From an uncultured Chloroflexia bacterium (GTDB lineage: Bacteria > Chloroflexota > Limnocylindria > Limnocylindrales > CSP1-4): a DNA stretch of 64,000 nt. Position numbers and translations under genes: made by a program. The notes beneath the pieces are model-generated. The model was not told the origin of the DNA. It saw nothing but the letters and a program-made list of their open reading frames with translations, and searched no databases. Positions within the stretch are counted from its first letter, which is position 1; every line of letters starts with the position of its first letter. Where the stretch lies: the NCBI GenBank assembly GCA_963740825.1, contig CAVUFD010000001.1:1665543-1729542 (forward strand), written 5' to 3'. Below, piece by piece: positions 8,145 through 17,149 of the stretch.

Positions 8145-9899
8145 CTACGAGAACAGCTTCCGGTCGCGGATCTTGATCGGGACGGTCCAGGAGTCGTGCC
8201 ACCACGCGTCCTCCCCCGCCGCGGGCGGCTCGCGGAGGTGGAGTGAGGTCGCCGCGGTCGCGGCCTGGAGCTGGCTCACGCGGAACCGGTAGTGATCGAA
8301 CAGCCGGAGCGCCTCGACCATGTACGCGGTCGCCACGCGCCGGTCGCGGATCCGGAGGAGGTTCTCGCCGTTCTTGAGGTCCGCCGGCAAGGAGACGTTG
8401 TAGGAGCCGGTGTAGACGCGCGCGGTCGGCAGGTCGAAGTCGAGCACGACGAACTTGTGGTGCATCCGCGTTCCCGCGCCATTGCTCGCGAGCCCCGTCG
8501 GCTCGGACTTGAACGGCTCGGGCACATTCTCGGTCAGGGCCTCCGCTCGGACCGGCTGGACGTTGCCGTCGGGTGACTGGAGGTTGATCCCGCCGATCCG
8601 GCGATCCGCCATCCCGTACACGAACACGCTGGGCTTCTCCGTCACCAGCTTGACGGCGTCCCGGACGGCGCCGGTCGTCTGGTTGAGGAAGGCGAGCGAG
8701 TAGAAGAGCGTCGATTTGGCGCTCGTGATGTCGGCCGCCACGGACCCGAGCCGCGCGTTCGCCGCGGCGTGCGGAGAGAAGGAGACGCGGGCGTCCAGGT
8801 CGCCGAGGCCGAGGTGTCGCCAGCGGGTCGAGTCGGTCGTCCCGAACCCCGCGACCGAGTCGTTGTTCCAGTACGAGGCGAATGCCTGGTGGAACACGCG
8901 CGCGGCCGTCTCGCCGCGAAGGACGATCGCGTTGTTCGCCTGGACGTACAGCCCCCGCCACGAGAAGTTGGTCGACCCGCAGACGACTGTGTGCCCGGCA
9001 TCGCCCTCGACGACGATCGTCTTGTTGTGCTGGAGGTTGCTCATGTGGTGGCGCTTGACGTGGGTCGCGCGGGCCGTCACGGCGAGGCGCGCCGCCGCCT
9101 CGGCCTCGGCGGATCCGGCCTCCCCATGGGCACCGCTGTTGTCGATGATGATTCGCAGCCGGGCGCCGAGCTGCTCCAGCCGGCCGACGATCGCCGGCTC
9201 ATTCAAGTCGTACGCCACGACGCGGACCTGCGCGGTCGCGTCGGCGATCGCCTCGTCGAGGACCTGGAGGATCGCGCTGCGCGCCTCGAAGCCCATCCAC
9301 GCGAGGGCCTCGGCCGTCTTCGGGTGCGTCGGGACGAAGTCGAGCCCCTCGTCGGCAACCTCCGGGAGGAGCGTCGCGATCGGCGCAATGGACTCGTACT
9401 TGTCCACGAAGGCCTGAGACGACACGAAGCCGCGCGTGAACGCCACGTTGAGCAGGCCGGGCCAGGTCTCGCGGCGGAGCTCGAGGTCGACCTCCTGCGG
9501 GTCGCCCAGCGTGATCGCCCGGGCGGCGTCCATGAACGCCGGCCGCACCCGATAGCGGTATGCGCCGGGCAGCTCCGGGTCGAACGGGAAGTGGACCCAG
9601 CGGAACTTCTGGATCGGGGCGAACAGCGAGGACTCCGGGTTCGAACCGACGTTCGAGGGCGGCGTCGCGAACGTGATCCGGTTGCGCAAGGCGAGGAACC
9701 TGGCGTGGTTCGGGGGGCGGTACTCGATCGCGAACCCGACGAAGTTGGCGGGCGGCTCCGGGTCGAGCCAATCCATGCCGAGCAGCGCCATCCCGTCGCC
9801 GCGGTGGACCTTCAGGCTGAAGGCCGCGCTCGCGTTGGCCCCGAGGACCTCGAACTCATCGCCCATGTCGCTCGTCCCCCTGATGAACAGCGCCAGCAT
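8145..9899 (-). CDS. phospholipase D-like domain protein (two HKD motifs)
   Basis: HNKTIVVEGD...GSTNFS and HHKFVVLDFD...GSYNVS match HxK(x)nD...GSxN of the PLD superfamily. No obvious signal peptide. Confidence 0.8.
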   Translation of the reverse strand: MLALFIRGTSDMGDEFEVLGANASAAFSLKVHRGDGMALLGMDWLDPEPPANFVGFAIEYRPPNHARFLALRNRITFATPPSNVGSNPESSLFAPIQKFRWVHFPFDPELPGAYRYRVRPAFMDAARAITLGDPQEVDLELRRETWPGLLNVAFTRGFVSSQAFVDKYESIAPIATLLPEVADEGLDFVPTHPKTAEALAWMGFEARSAILQVLDEAIADATAQVRVVAYDLNEPAIVGRLEQLGARLRIIIDNSGAHGEAGSAEAEAAARLAVTARATHVKRHHMSNLQHNKTIVVEGDAGHTVVCGSTNFSWRGLYVQANNAIVLRGETAARVFHQAFASYWNNDSVAGFGTTDSTRWRHLGLGDLDARVSFSPHAAANARLGSVAADITSAKSTLFYSLAFLNQTTGAVRDAVKLVTEKPSVFVYGMADRRIGGINLQSPDGNVQPVRAEALTENVPEPFKSEPTGLASNGAGTRMHHKFVVLDFDLPTARVYTGSYNVSLPADLKNGENLLRIRDRRVATAYMVEALRLFDHYRFRVSQLQAATAATSLHLREPPAAGEDAWWHDSWTVPIKIRDRKLFS

Positions 9900-9911
9900 G
9901 GCGCGCTGCCG

Positions 9912-10910
9912 TCACGTTGTCGCCCCCGACCGGCGAAGCTCGGCGGACTCCGGCTCGGGCAGCCACGCGTCGGCGGGCAGCTCGAGCCATCCGTGCTCTC
10001 GGCCGAGGGCGGTCGCCGCATCCCTGACGGCCGCGAGCCCGGCGGGGTGAGAACCGGTGCGCCACGCCATCGACCACCGGTAGATCGGGATCGGGTCGAC
10101 GATCGGCCGCAGGACGCCACCGGGCACGTCGATGTGGTCGACGCTGGTGAGGATCGGCAGACCCTGCTGGACGAGGTGATGCGCCTGGTCGTCGAGGCCG
10201 ACGGCCGGGACGTGATCGGGTGTCGGCCAGGCGCCCGTGAGGGCGAAAAACTGGGCCACCAGGTCCGACCACTCCGGCGCGTCGGGGCTGCCCGGATTGG
10301 CGTCGATCTCCACCCCGGCGAGTGCCTCGACCGTCACCGCCTCAACGCTCGCGAACGGATGCCCGACTGGCACGAGGACGGCGAGCGCTTCGAACCGGAT
10401 GACCTCGCGCTGGATCGCGCCATCCCCCGCCCTGCCCCGCCAGTCGGCGCGGCCGAACGTGACGTCGAGCTCGGCCGACTCGAGGAGCCGGATCGAACCA
10501 CCCATCCCGCCCCGGTAGCGCCCGCGGAACTCGACTGCCGGCGCAACGCGACGAGCGGCCTCGAGGACGCGGAGCGCCGTTCGCCGCCCCTCCGACATCA
10601 GGTCGACCAGCACGGGCCGGCTTGGTTGCAGGAACTCGACCACGATCGCATCGTGGAGCACCAGGAGGGGTCGGGCCCGTTCGAGCAGCCGGCGTCCCTC
10701 GGGCGTCAGCGTCACCCGGCGCGTCGTCCTGACGAACAGCGGCGTGCCGAGCCGCGCCTCGAGCCTCCGGACCTCGCGTGACAACGCCTGCTGCGCCACG
10801 AACAGGCGCGCCGCCGCTCGCGTGAAGTGGAGCTCCTCGGCGACCGCGACGAAGGCGCGCAGCGACCGGATGTCCAGGTCGGCGTCGGGGCGGGACGGCT
10901 CGGTATTCAC
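9912..10910 (-). CDS. LysR family transcriptional regulator
   Basis: N-terminal HTH LRAFVAVAEELHFTRAAARLFVAQQALSREVRRLEARLGTPLF, then a LysR substrate-binding domain. Confidence 0.85.
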   Translation of the reverse strand: MNTEPSRPDADLDIRSLRAFVAVAEELHFTRAAARLFVAQQALSREVRRLEARLGTPLFVRTTRRVTLTPEGRRLLERARPLLVLHDAIVVEFLQPSRPVLVDLMSEGRRTALRVLEAARRVAPAVEFRGRYRGGMGGSIRLLESAELDVTFGRADWRGRAGDGAIQREVIRFEALAVLVPVGHPFASVEAVTVEALAGVEIDANPGSPDAPEWSDLVAQFFALTGAWPTPDHVPAVGLDDQAHHLVQQGLPILTSVDHIDVPGGVLRPIVDPIPIYRWSMAWRTGSHPAGLAAVRDAATALGREHGWLELPADAWLPEPESAELRRSGATT

Positions 10911-11012
10911 ACAGCGCGCATGTTAGTCGAGCCGGGTTAGGTGTTGGACGCGGCGGCACTGCCGGGAGAGGCTTGGGACACCAACCCGGCACCACACCAC
11001 GAGAGAAATGAC

Positions 11013-11204
11013 ATGTTCGACCCGGCAGCCCTCGGCACCCTGATGATCGGGCTCGAGGCCAATCGACAGGACGACCAGCGGTCGTCCGCAGACACCCGAA
11101 CCGTGCGAGCTCCGTCTCGTCGCGCTCGCACGCGCCAACGTCTCGCCGCAACCCTTCGCTGGACGGCGGCGCGCATCGAGCCGGCGGGGATGCCCGCCCG
11201 GTGA
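11013..11204 (+). CDS. small hypothetical protein, divergent from LysR
   Basis: ATG preceded by GAGAGAAATGAC (weak RBS). 63 aa. Basic C-terminus. Sits in the position of a LysR target gene. Confidence 0.2.
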   Translation: MFDPAALGTLMIGLEANRQDDQRSSADTRTVRAPSRRARTRQRLAATLRWTAARIEPAGMPAR

Positions 11205-13217
11205 TCAGCCGCGCTTCGCCAGCGACGCCAGCCAGGCGTCGCGGTCGAGGGGACTCGGGCTCGAGCGCTCGCGCCGAGGCGGGTCCTCCCCGACCGGCTG
11301 GTAGCCGTCGGGGCGCGTCTCGAGGATCCCCTCCCCCATCGACGCGCCCGGCAGCTGGTTCTGGAGCGACCGGACGCGCGCGACCGGCAGCACCGCCGAC
11401 GCCCGGGTGACCCCGTTCGCGGAGAACTGGCCGGTGACCCGGCCGCCGAGCCGGCCGAGCGCCGCCAGCACGCCCGGCGCCGACACGCTCGGCATCTCGA
11501 GCGCGAGGTCCGCCAGCGGCTCGCACACCCAGGTCCCGGCTCGGCCGAGTGCCGTCGTCAGCACGAGCTGCGTCAGGCGGCGGAAGTCGGCCGCGGACGT
11601 CTCGGGCGAGGCGTAGCCGCAGTCGGTCATCGTCACCCGGCAGTCGGTCACCTGCCAGCCGGCCAGCCCTTCGGTCAACGCCTCGTGGACGAACGTCTCC
11701 ATCTGGGCGAGGAACACGTCCGTCGTCTTGAACAGGTAGAGCGGCACGAGCCTCGGCTCGACGTCCGCGCGGAACTCGATCCCGGACCCGAACGGCGCCG
11801 GCTCGATCCGCAGCGCGAGCGTCGCCTTGAACGGGTTCGTGCTCAGGGGCGAGCTCCGGCCGGTGATGTTCGTATGGGTCTTGGCGCGGATCACCTCCTC
11901 GGCCTCTCCGACCCTCGCCGGGCGCTCGATGCATACCGTCGTGGTCTCGCGGAAGTCGGCCGCGATGCCATAGTCGCGATCGAGCGTGGCCTGGATGACC
12001 TCCTTCTGGACCTCGCCGTACAGGGAGACCGCGATCTCGTGCCGGGTGTCGTCCTGGCGGACGTCGATGAGGGGATCCTGCTCGGCAAGCTGCGCGAGCG
12101 CGGCACGGAGGCTGCCGGACTCCTCAGGCCGGAGCGGGTAGACGACCGCCTCGAGCGCCGGGCGCGGGAACCGTGCGGTCTCCGCCTGGCCCGGCGGCGG
12201 CTCGCCGATGGCGTCACCGACCCTGACGGCACCCAGGCCTCGGACGGCCGCCATCTCCCCGGCCTCGAGGAGATCCCGCCGTGGCGCTCCGGCCGGCGCG
12301 AACACCCGGATCGACGTCGGCTTGGCCTCGTCGCCGCCCCCGACCCGCACGCGCTGGCGGGGCCGCAACGAGCCCGCGAACAGGCGGACATACGCGACGC
12401 GCTCGCCGCCCTGTGTCCGCTCGATCTTGAACACGCGGCCGGAGGTCCCGGCCTCCGGGTCGCCGCGGGCGCCGGAGAGGAGCTCGTCGACACCGCCGAG
12501 GAGGGCATCGATGCCGACCCCCATCGCCGCGGACCCGAAGTACACGGGGTGCACCCAGCCCTGGCGCGTCTGGGTCGCGAGGTGCTCGCGCAGGCGCGCC
12601 GGCGGGATCCCGCCCTCGTCACGGACGTACGCCCGGAGGATCGCGTCGTCGTGTTCGGCCAGGACCTCCGTCAGGCTGCCGCGCCGCGCCTCGTCGTCCT
12701 CCTCGAACGGCACGAACGCCGCCTCGCGCCGACCGGGGTCGCGGACCGTGCCCATCGGCACGACGCCGGGGGCGAGCCGCCGGGCCATCGCCTCCACGAC
12801 CCGGTCGGGATCGGCGCCCGCCCGGTCGATCTTGTTGACGAACAGCAGCGTCGGGACGTGGAGCCGCTGGAGGGCGCGGAACAGCAGCGGGGTCTGCGGC
12901 TGGACGCCTTCGACCGCGGAGACGACCAGGACCGCGCCGTCGAGGACGCCGAGGACGCGCTCGACCTCGGCGATGAAGTCCGGGTGGCCCGGCGTGTCGA
13001 CGAGGTTGACCGCGAGGTCGCCGACAAGGAACGAGGCGACCGCGGACCGGATGGTGATGCCGCGTTCGCGCTCGAGGTCGAGCGAGTCGGTCTGGGTGGT
13101 GCCGGCGTCGACGCTGCCGACGTGGTCGATGGCGCCGGCGGTGAAGAGGAGACGCTCGGTGAGGGTGGTCTTACCGGCGTCGACGTGGGCGAGGATGCCG
13201 AGATTGAGCGTGCGCAT
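11205..13217 (-). CDS. Tet(M)/Tet(O)/Otr(A)-family ribosomal protection protein (EF-G-like translational GTPase)
   Basis: N-terminus MRTLNLGILAHVDAGKTTLTERLLFTAGAI...LERERGITIRS...VDTPGHPDF...FVNKIDR parallels the Tet(M) N-terminus. 670 aa with EF-G-like domains II-V. Confidence 0.85.
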   Translation of the reverse strand: MRTLNLGILAHVDAGKTTLTERLLFTAGAIDHVGSVDAGTTQTDSLDLERERGITIRSAVASFLVGDLAVNLVDTPGHPDFIAEVERVLGVLDGAVLVVSAVEGVQPQTPLLFRALQRLHVPTLLFVNKIDRAGADPDRVVEAMARRLAPGVVPMGTVRDPGRREAAFVPFEEDDEARRGSLTEVLAEHDDAILRAYVRDEGGIPPARLREHLATQTRQGWVHPVYFGSAAMGVGIDALLGGVDELLSGARGDPEAGTSGRVFKIERTQGGERVAYVRLFAGSLRPRQRVRVGGGDEAKPTSIRVFAPAGAPRRDLLEAGEMAAVRGLGAVRVGDAIGEPPPGQAETARFPRPALEAVVYPLRPEESGSLRAALAQLAEQDPLIDVRQDDTRHEIAVSLYGEVQKEVIQATLDRDYGIAADFRETTTVCIERPARVGEAEEVIRAKTHTNITGRSSPLSTNPFKATLALRIEPAPFGSGIEFRADVEPRLVPLYLFKTTDVFLAQMETFVHEALTEGLAGWQVTDCRVTMTDCGYASPETSAADFRRLTQLVLTTALGRAGTWVCEPLADLALEMPSVSAPGVLAALGRLGGRVTGQFSANGVTRASAVLPVARVRSLQNQLPGASMGEGILETRPDGYQPVGEDPPRRERSSPSPLDRDAWLASLAKRG

Positions 13218-13394
13218 GGGGCCTCATGTCGTGCAAGGAGGTGCTGACCTTCCGGCTGGACATGGGTGCTCCCATCTCGCTCCTTTCTCGCTCGAATTCG
13301 ACGCGATCGCGCTCTCTCGACTTTCCCACGCGCGTCAAGACGACGGGTCGTCAACCCACGGAACGCGGGGCGTTCGTCCGACGAGCGCTAGGGT

Positions 13395-14369
13395 ATGGGA
13401 GCCATGAAAGCCGTCGTGCAGGACCGCTACGGTCCGCCGGAGGTGCTCCGGATCGAGGAGGTCGATCGACCGGCGCCGAGGGATGACGAAGTCCTCGTCC
13501 GTGTCCGGGCGAGCACGGTCTCGCAGTCCGACACGCACCTCCGCGCAGCGGATCCCTTCCTGTGGCGGCTGATCGCGGGGTTCCGCCGGCCGAGGTGGCG
13601 GACCCTCGGGGTCGAGCTCGCGGGTGACGTGGTGGCCGTCGGTGCCGGCGTGACCGAGTTCGCGGTCGGCGACGCGGTCTTCGGCCACCCGTCGACCTGG
13701 GTCGGCGCACACACGGAGCTCATCTGCATCCGGGCGAGCGCGCCACTGGCGCACAAGCCCTCGGGGATGAGCTACGTCGAGGCGGCGGCGGTCTGCGATG
13801 GCGCGGCGCAGGCCCTCGCTGCACTGCGCCTCGCCGATGTGGGCGAGGGTCGTCGCGTCGTCATCTACGGCGCGTCCGGCTCGCTCGGCACGGCGGCGGT
13901 CCAGCTCGCGAAGCACTTCGGTGCCCACGTCACGGGCGTCTGCGGCACGCAACACATCGAGCTCGTCCGGTCGCTCGGCGCGGACGACGTCGTCGACTAC
14001 CGACGCGAGGACTTCACCAGGCGCGGCCAGCAGTACGACGCGATCGTCGACGCCGTCGGCAAGTACTCGTTCCGTCGCGGCCGGCGCGCGCTGGGGCCCG
14101 GCGGCATCTACGTCGCGACGGACGGTGGACGCTTCCTTCTCGAGACCTTTGCCTGGCTTGTCGTGACCCGGTTCGCGGGTAGCCGGCGGGTGCGGATCGC
14201 GGCGGCTCGACGGAACAAGGCTGACGTCGTATTCCTGAAGGAGCTGATCGAGGCTGGTGCGTTCCGAGCCGTGATCGATCGGCGCTACCGGATGCGCGAC
14301 GTCGCCGACGCCCACCGCTACGTGGAGTCGTGGCGGAAGGCGGGCAACGTGGTGCTCACGATCCCGTAG
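13395..14369 (+). CDS. MDR-family NAD(P)-dependent oxidoreductase (zinc-binding alcohol dehydrogenase / quinone oxidoreductase-like)
   Basis: MKAVVQDRYGPPEVLRIEEVDRPAP...VIYGASGSLGTAAVQLAK Rossmann motif. Confidence 0.8.
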   Translation: MGAMKAVVQDRYGPPEVLRIEEVDRPAPRDDEVLVRVRASTVSQSDTHLRAADPFLWRLIAGFRRPRWRTLGVELAGDVVAVGAGVTEFAVGDAVFGHPSTWVGAHTELICIRASAPLAHKPSGMSYVEAAAVCDGAAQALAALRLADVGEGRRVVIYGASGSLGTAAVQLAKHFGAHVTGVCGTQHIELVRSLGADDVVDYRREDFTRRGQQYDAIVDAVGKYSFRRGRRALGPGGIYVATDGGRFLLETFAWLVVTRFAGSRRVRIAAARRNKADVVFLKELIEAGAFRAVIDRRYRMRDVADAHRYVESWRKAGNVVLTIP

Positions 14370-14385
14370 GTGCCAGGAGCGACAG

Positions 14386-14562
14386 ATGAGCGAGTCACGC
14401 GACCCAGCGCTGGACGAGGTCGTCCAAGCGGCTTTGCGCGGCGACGGCGTTCGGTCGGCGGCGGCCGTGCTCGCCCCGGCCCACGACACGCCGCTGAACG
14501 AGGACCAACGGGCGGAGCACAGGGCCCTCGCGGCGACGGCCGCGGCGGCCGTTCGTCGCTGA
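14386..14562 (+). CDS. small hypothetical protein (58 aa), not in ORF track
   Basis: ATG with a GGAG-type RBS (CCAGGAGCGACAGATG). Alanine-rich helical peptide. Directly upstream of the atypical membrane protein gene. Confidence 0.2.
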   Translation: MSESRDPALDEVVQAALRGDGVRSAAAVLAPAHDTPLNEDQRAEHRALAATAAAAVRR

Positions 14563-14750
14563 CGCTCCACCGCCGGCGCGGCTCCGGGCCGCGGGGCTTT
14601 CAGGTAGTCCGTCAGCCAGGCGTCGGGCAGATGCCAGATGGCCGGAACGTCGCGCGCGGCGAGGATCGCAGCATGGACGACGACGGTCCACGTGGCCCCG
14701 ACCAAACGGAGCCAGGCCGGCGTCAAGGGCAACCAAGTGGGGGACATCTC

Positions 14751-15872
14751 ATGGACACGAAGGCAGACGGTGGACTGGACGAACGGATCCTGAAGCGCCG
14801 GCTTCCGTTGTGGCGCCAAGCGAAAGGTGGCAAGACCCGGTGGTCCGCCAGCCTCCGCACGCGCACCATCACGTCGAAGCAGACGATCTACGCGCTTCGT
14901 GGCTACCGGACATATCGGGCTTCGCGACTGCGATCGGAATATTCCGAGATCGAGATGAACCTGCGGAGCGTGTTCGAGCACCACGCTGACGAACCTTGGT
15001 TTGACCGCGCGAGTGCCGTTCAAGTGGTCGAAATCCTGGACAGCACGCTGCCGCAGCTCGAGCTCGTGGAGCCCAACCTGGACGTGGTCGCAGACGATCT
15101 CGGGCGCGCTCGCCGCCTGATGGTGTGGGTCACGCCTGACGATTGGCTGATCCGGCGGGCCGAGGAGGTCAAATCTCTGCTCCATGCGTCCGACGCGCCC
15201 GAAGCCAAGCACTTCAAGACGGACGTTCGAGACCACGACGTCATGCGTGTTCGCCTGGACGAGGCCATCGCGGCGCTGAACCGACGCAAGACGTCCAAGG
15301 AGAGGAACAGGGGGCTGCAAGTCCGGCGTCTCGAGCTGATCCGCGACGTCGGGGTCGTCGCGCTGTTCCTGTTGATCGCCTTCGCGCCGATCCTTGTCAG
15401 CGGCAAGGGCCTGGCGCTCTGGGAGCGGGACGACCTTGGACGGTCCGTTCAGGCCGAGGCTTGGTTGACCACGCTCGCGCTTGGGCTGGTCGGTGCGGTC
15501 GGTGCTCTCCTCAGCGGCCTCCTGCAGGCGCGGACGTCGCCCGTCACGTACGCGGACTACGAGGTGCGCGGCATCGAAACCGCGGTCCGGATCCTGGTCG
15601 GGGCAGCGGTCGCCGTCACGCTGTACTACCTGTTCTCGTGGCAGGTGCTTCCGGTCCTCGCGGTCACGTCGGCGGGCACGTTCGTCCTCGTCGCGTTCGT
15701 CGCCGGCTTCTCGGAGCGCTACTTCCTGAAGCTGCTTGGCCTCGACTCCGCGGCCCACGCCGCCGATGACGATCCCGCCAAGCGGACTACCACGCCACTG
15801 ACGGTCGACCGCAGCGCCGACAGTCTGGGCATGAGCCGACCGCCGATGCCGATGGCCCCGACGCCGGCCTAA
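14751..15872 (+). CDS. hypothetical membrane protein (about 230-aa soluble N-domain + 4 C-terminal TM helices), atypical composition
   Basis: Internal ATG MDTKADGG of ORF 14370..15872. The upstream part of that ORF is GC-frame noise. The N-terminal half has visibly lower GC and Lys/Arg-rich codons. Hydrophobic helices VVALFLLIAFAPILV, LALGLVGAVGALLSGLL, AVRILVGAAVAVTLYYLF, VLAVTSAGTFVLVAFVAGF. Confidence 0.55.
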   Translation: MDTKADGGLDERILKRRLPLWRQAKGGKTRWSASLRTRTITSKQTIYALRGYRTYRASRLRSEYSEIEMNLRSVFEHHADEPWFDRASAVQVVEILDSTLPQLELVEPNLDVVADDLGRARRLMVWVTPDDWLIRRAEEVKSLLHASDAPEAKHFKTDVRDHDVMRVRLDEAIAALNRRKTSKERNRGLQVRRLELIRDVGVVALFLLIAFAPILVSGKGLALWERDDLGRSVQAEAWLTTLALGLVGAVGALLSGLLQARTSPVTYADYEVRGIETAVRILVGAAVAVTLYYLFSWQVLPVLAVTSAGTFVLVAFVAGFSERYFLKLLGLDSAAHAADDDPAKRTTTPLTVDRSADSLGMSRPPMPMAPTPA

Positions 15873-15917
15873 GCCGTTCTCGAGAGGGCGCCTGGTCCTG
15901 GAACCGGGCGCCCTCCG

Positions 15918-16811
15918 TCAGCAGCTGCGGTAGACGTAGGCCTTGTCGGCCGGCGGCACGAGGTCGAGGTCGCGCAGGACGATCGACAGGTCCGGGTAGG
16001 CGGCGCAGCCGGCGTCGAAGTCGCGACGCCGGTACTCGATGACCAGCACGTGATCCCCGTACGCGCCGGTGTAGGCGTCACATTCGTTCCAGCGGTCGCA
16101 CTCCTCCGCCACGGCGAAGTCCGTCCCCATCTCGTCGCGCCGGCCGACGATCTCGGCCGAGTTCTTCTGCGCGATGGCGAGGCCGTTGGCGTGCGCTGCA
16201 TCGGCATAGAGGCGGACCTGGGCGACGGCGTCGTCCTCGTCGATGAGCCCATGGGTCCGGGTGAACGTGTCGAGGTTGTCGATTTCGACGGCGTCAAAGC
16301 CGTCGGCCGAGCACCCGGCGATCCACTCCCCGACGACGCTCGCCAGCTCCTCACGCTTCCTCGTCGTCGTGGGGTCCAGCATCATCTCGTCCCAGTCGCG
16401 GTCGATGACGATCTTGCCGTTCCGATCGCGCAAGAGCAGGTCGGGGTGGTTCGCCCGCCACCACCGCTCCTCACCGGGCTGGACCTGGAACCCGTTGACG
16501 TAGCAGATGTTGAACAGCCCCGGCGCCGGGGTTGCGGTGCGGTCGCGTGAGACGACCGTCACGCCGGACGGTGGCGGGTAGGCGCCGCCCAGCTGGTAGT
16601 CGAAGCCGGCGTTCGGCGGCGGCAGGCGGACGTCGTCGATGCCGTCGGCGACGGGCGACGGCGGGGGCTCGATCGTCGCCGGGCTTGCGCCGATCGCTGG
16701 CGCGCTGGCCTGCGGCGTCGACGGCACGGGACGGGAGCTCGGTGCGGGCGATGCCATCGGCGAGCACGCCGAGGCCGCGATCATCACCGCCACGAGGGTC
16801 CAGAACGGCAT
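15918..16811 (-). CDS. endo-alpha-1,4-polygalactosaminidase (GH114) lipoprotein
   Basis: Signal peptide plus lipobox MPFWTLVAVMIAASAC. Motifs NICYVNGFQ, DGFDAVEIDNLD and WNECDAYTG fit the GH114/DUF297 TIM-barrel glycosidase family. Confidence 0.75.
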   Translation of the reverse strand: MPFWTLVAVMIAASACSPMASPAPSSRPVPSTPQASAPAIGASPATIEPPPSPVADGIDDVRLPPPNAGFDYQLGGAYPPPSGVTVVSRDRTATPAPGLFNICYVNGFQVQPGEERWWRANHPDLLLRDRNGKIVIDRDWDEMMLDPTTTRKREELASVVGEWIAGCSADGFDAVEIDNLDTFTRTHGLIDEDDAVAQVRLYADAAHANGLAIAQKNSAEIVGRRDEMGTDFAVAEECDRWNECDAYTGAYGDHVLVIEYRRRDFDAGCAAYPDLSIVLRDLDLVPPADKAYVYRSC

Positions 16812-17127
16812 CGACGCCGCGCGGGCCGACGAGATTCGGGAGCGCATGGATGCAATGATGCCGCCCCGCCATGGCGGCCCTTGCCCTCGGCCGTGATCGC
16901 GTCATGTGCATCCGCCAGGTTGCGACGGGCACAGCCATCCTGCCGGGTCTTCTTGGGCGCCCGTTTGCACACGTCGAGAGCAATCGGAGCCCGAACGACG
17001 AGCACGAGAGACACCCGGCACCGCCCGCGCGACCTTGAAGCCTTCGTTGCCTCGGATATGCACATGAGGCGGGCACGACGACGCCGAGCGGGGCGATCGG
17101 GAGCCGACGCTCCTTGACATGGCCGTC

Positions 17128-17147
17128 ATACAACCGTATGGTTGTAT
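17128..17147. promoter_or_regulatory. perfect 8-4-8 palindrome ATACAACC-GTAT-GGTTGTAT immediately upstream of the arsR start (putative ArsR operator)
   Basis: Read directly in the sequence. AT-rich island in a GC-rich genome, 2 nt before the arsR ATG. Confidence 0.6.
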
Positions 17148-17149
17148 CA

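Noticed and set aside
9640-9660. GGGTTCGAACC T-loop-like motif (possible tRNA)
   Set aside because: Lies inside the PLD-like CDS. No acceptor or anticodon stem structure around it.
10342-11934. 530-aa minus-strand ORF overlapping LysR and the RPP gene in another frame
   Set aside because: Arg/Pro/Gly-rich, no motifs. Overlaps two well-supported genes.
14370-14750. N-terminal 127 codons of the ORF 14370..15872
   Set aside because: Gly/Arg/Pro-rich leader with no RBS context. An internal ATG at 14751 begins the compositionally coherent protein.
13335-15758. 807-aa ORF on the minus strand spanning the MDR dehydrogenase and membrane-protein genes
   Set aside because: Arg/Asp/Pro-rich low-complexity translation typical of an antisense frame in GC-rich DNA. 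The sense-strand genes have clear family motifs.
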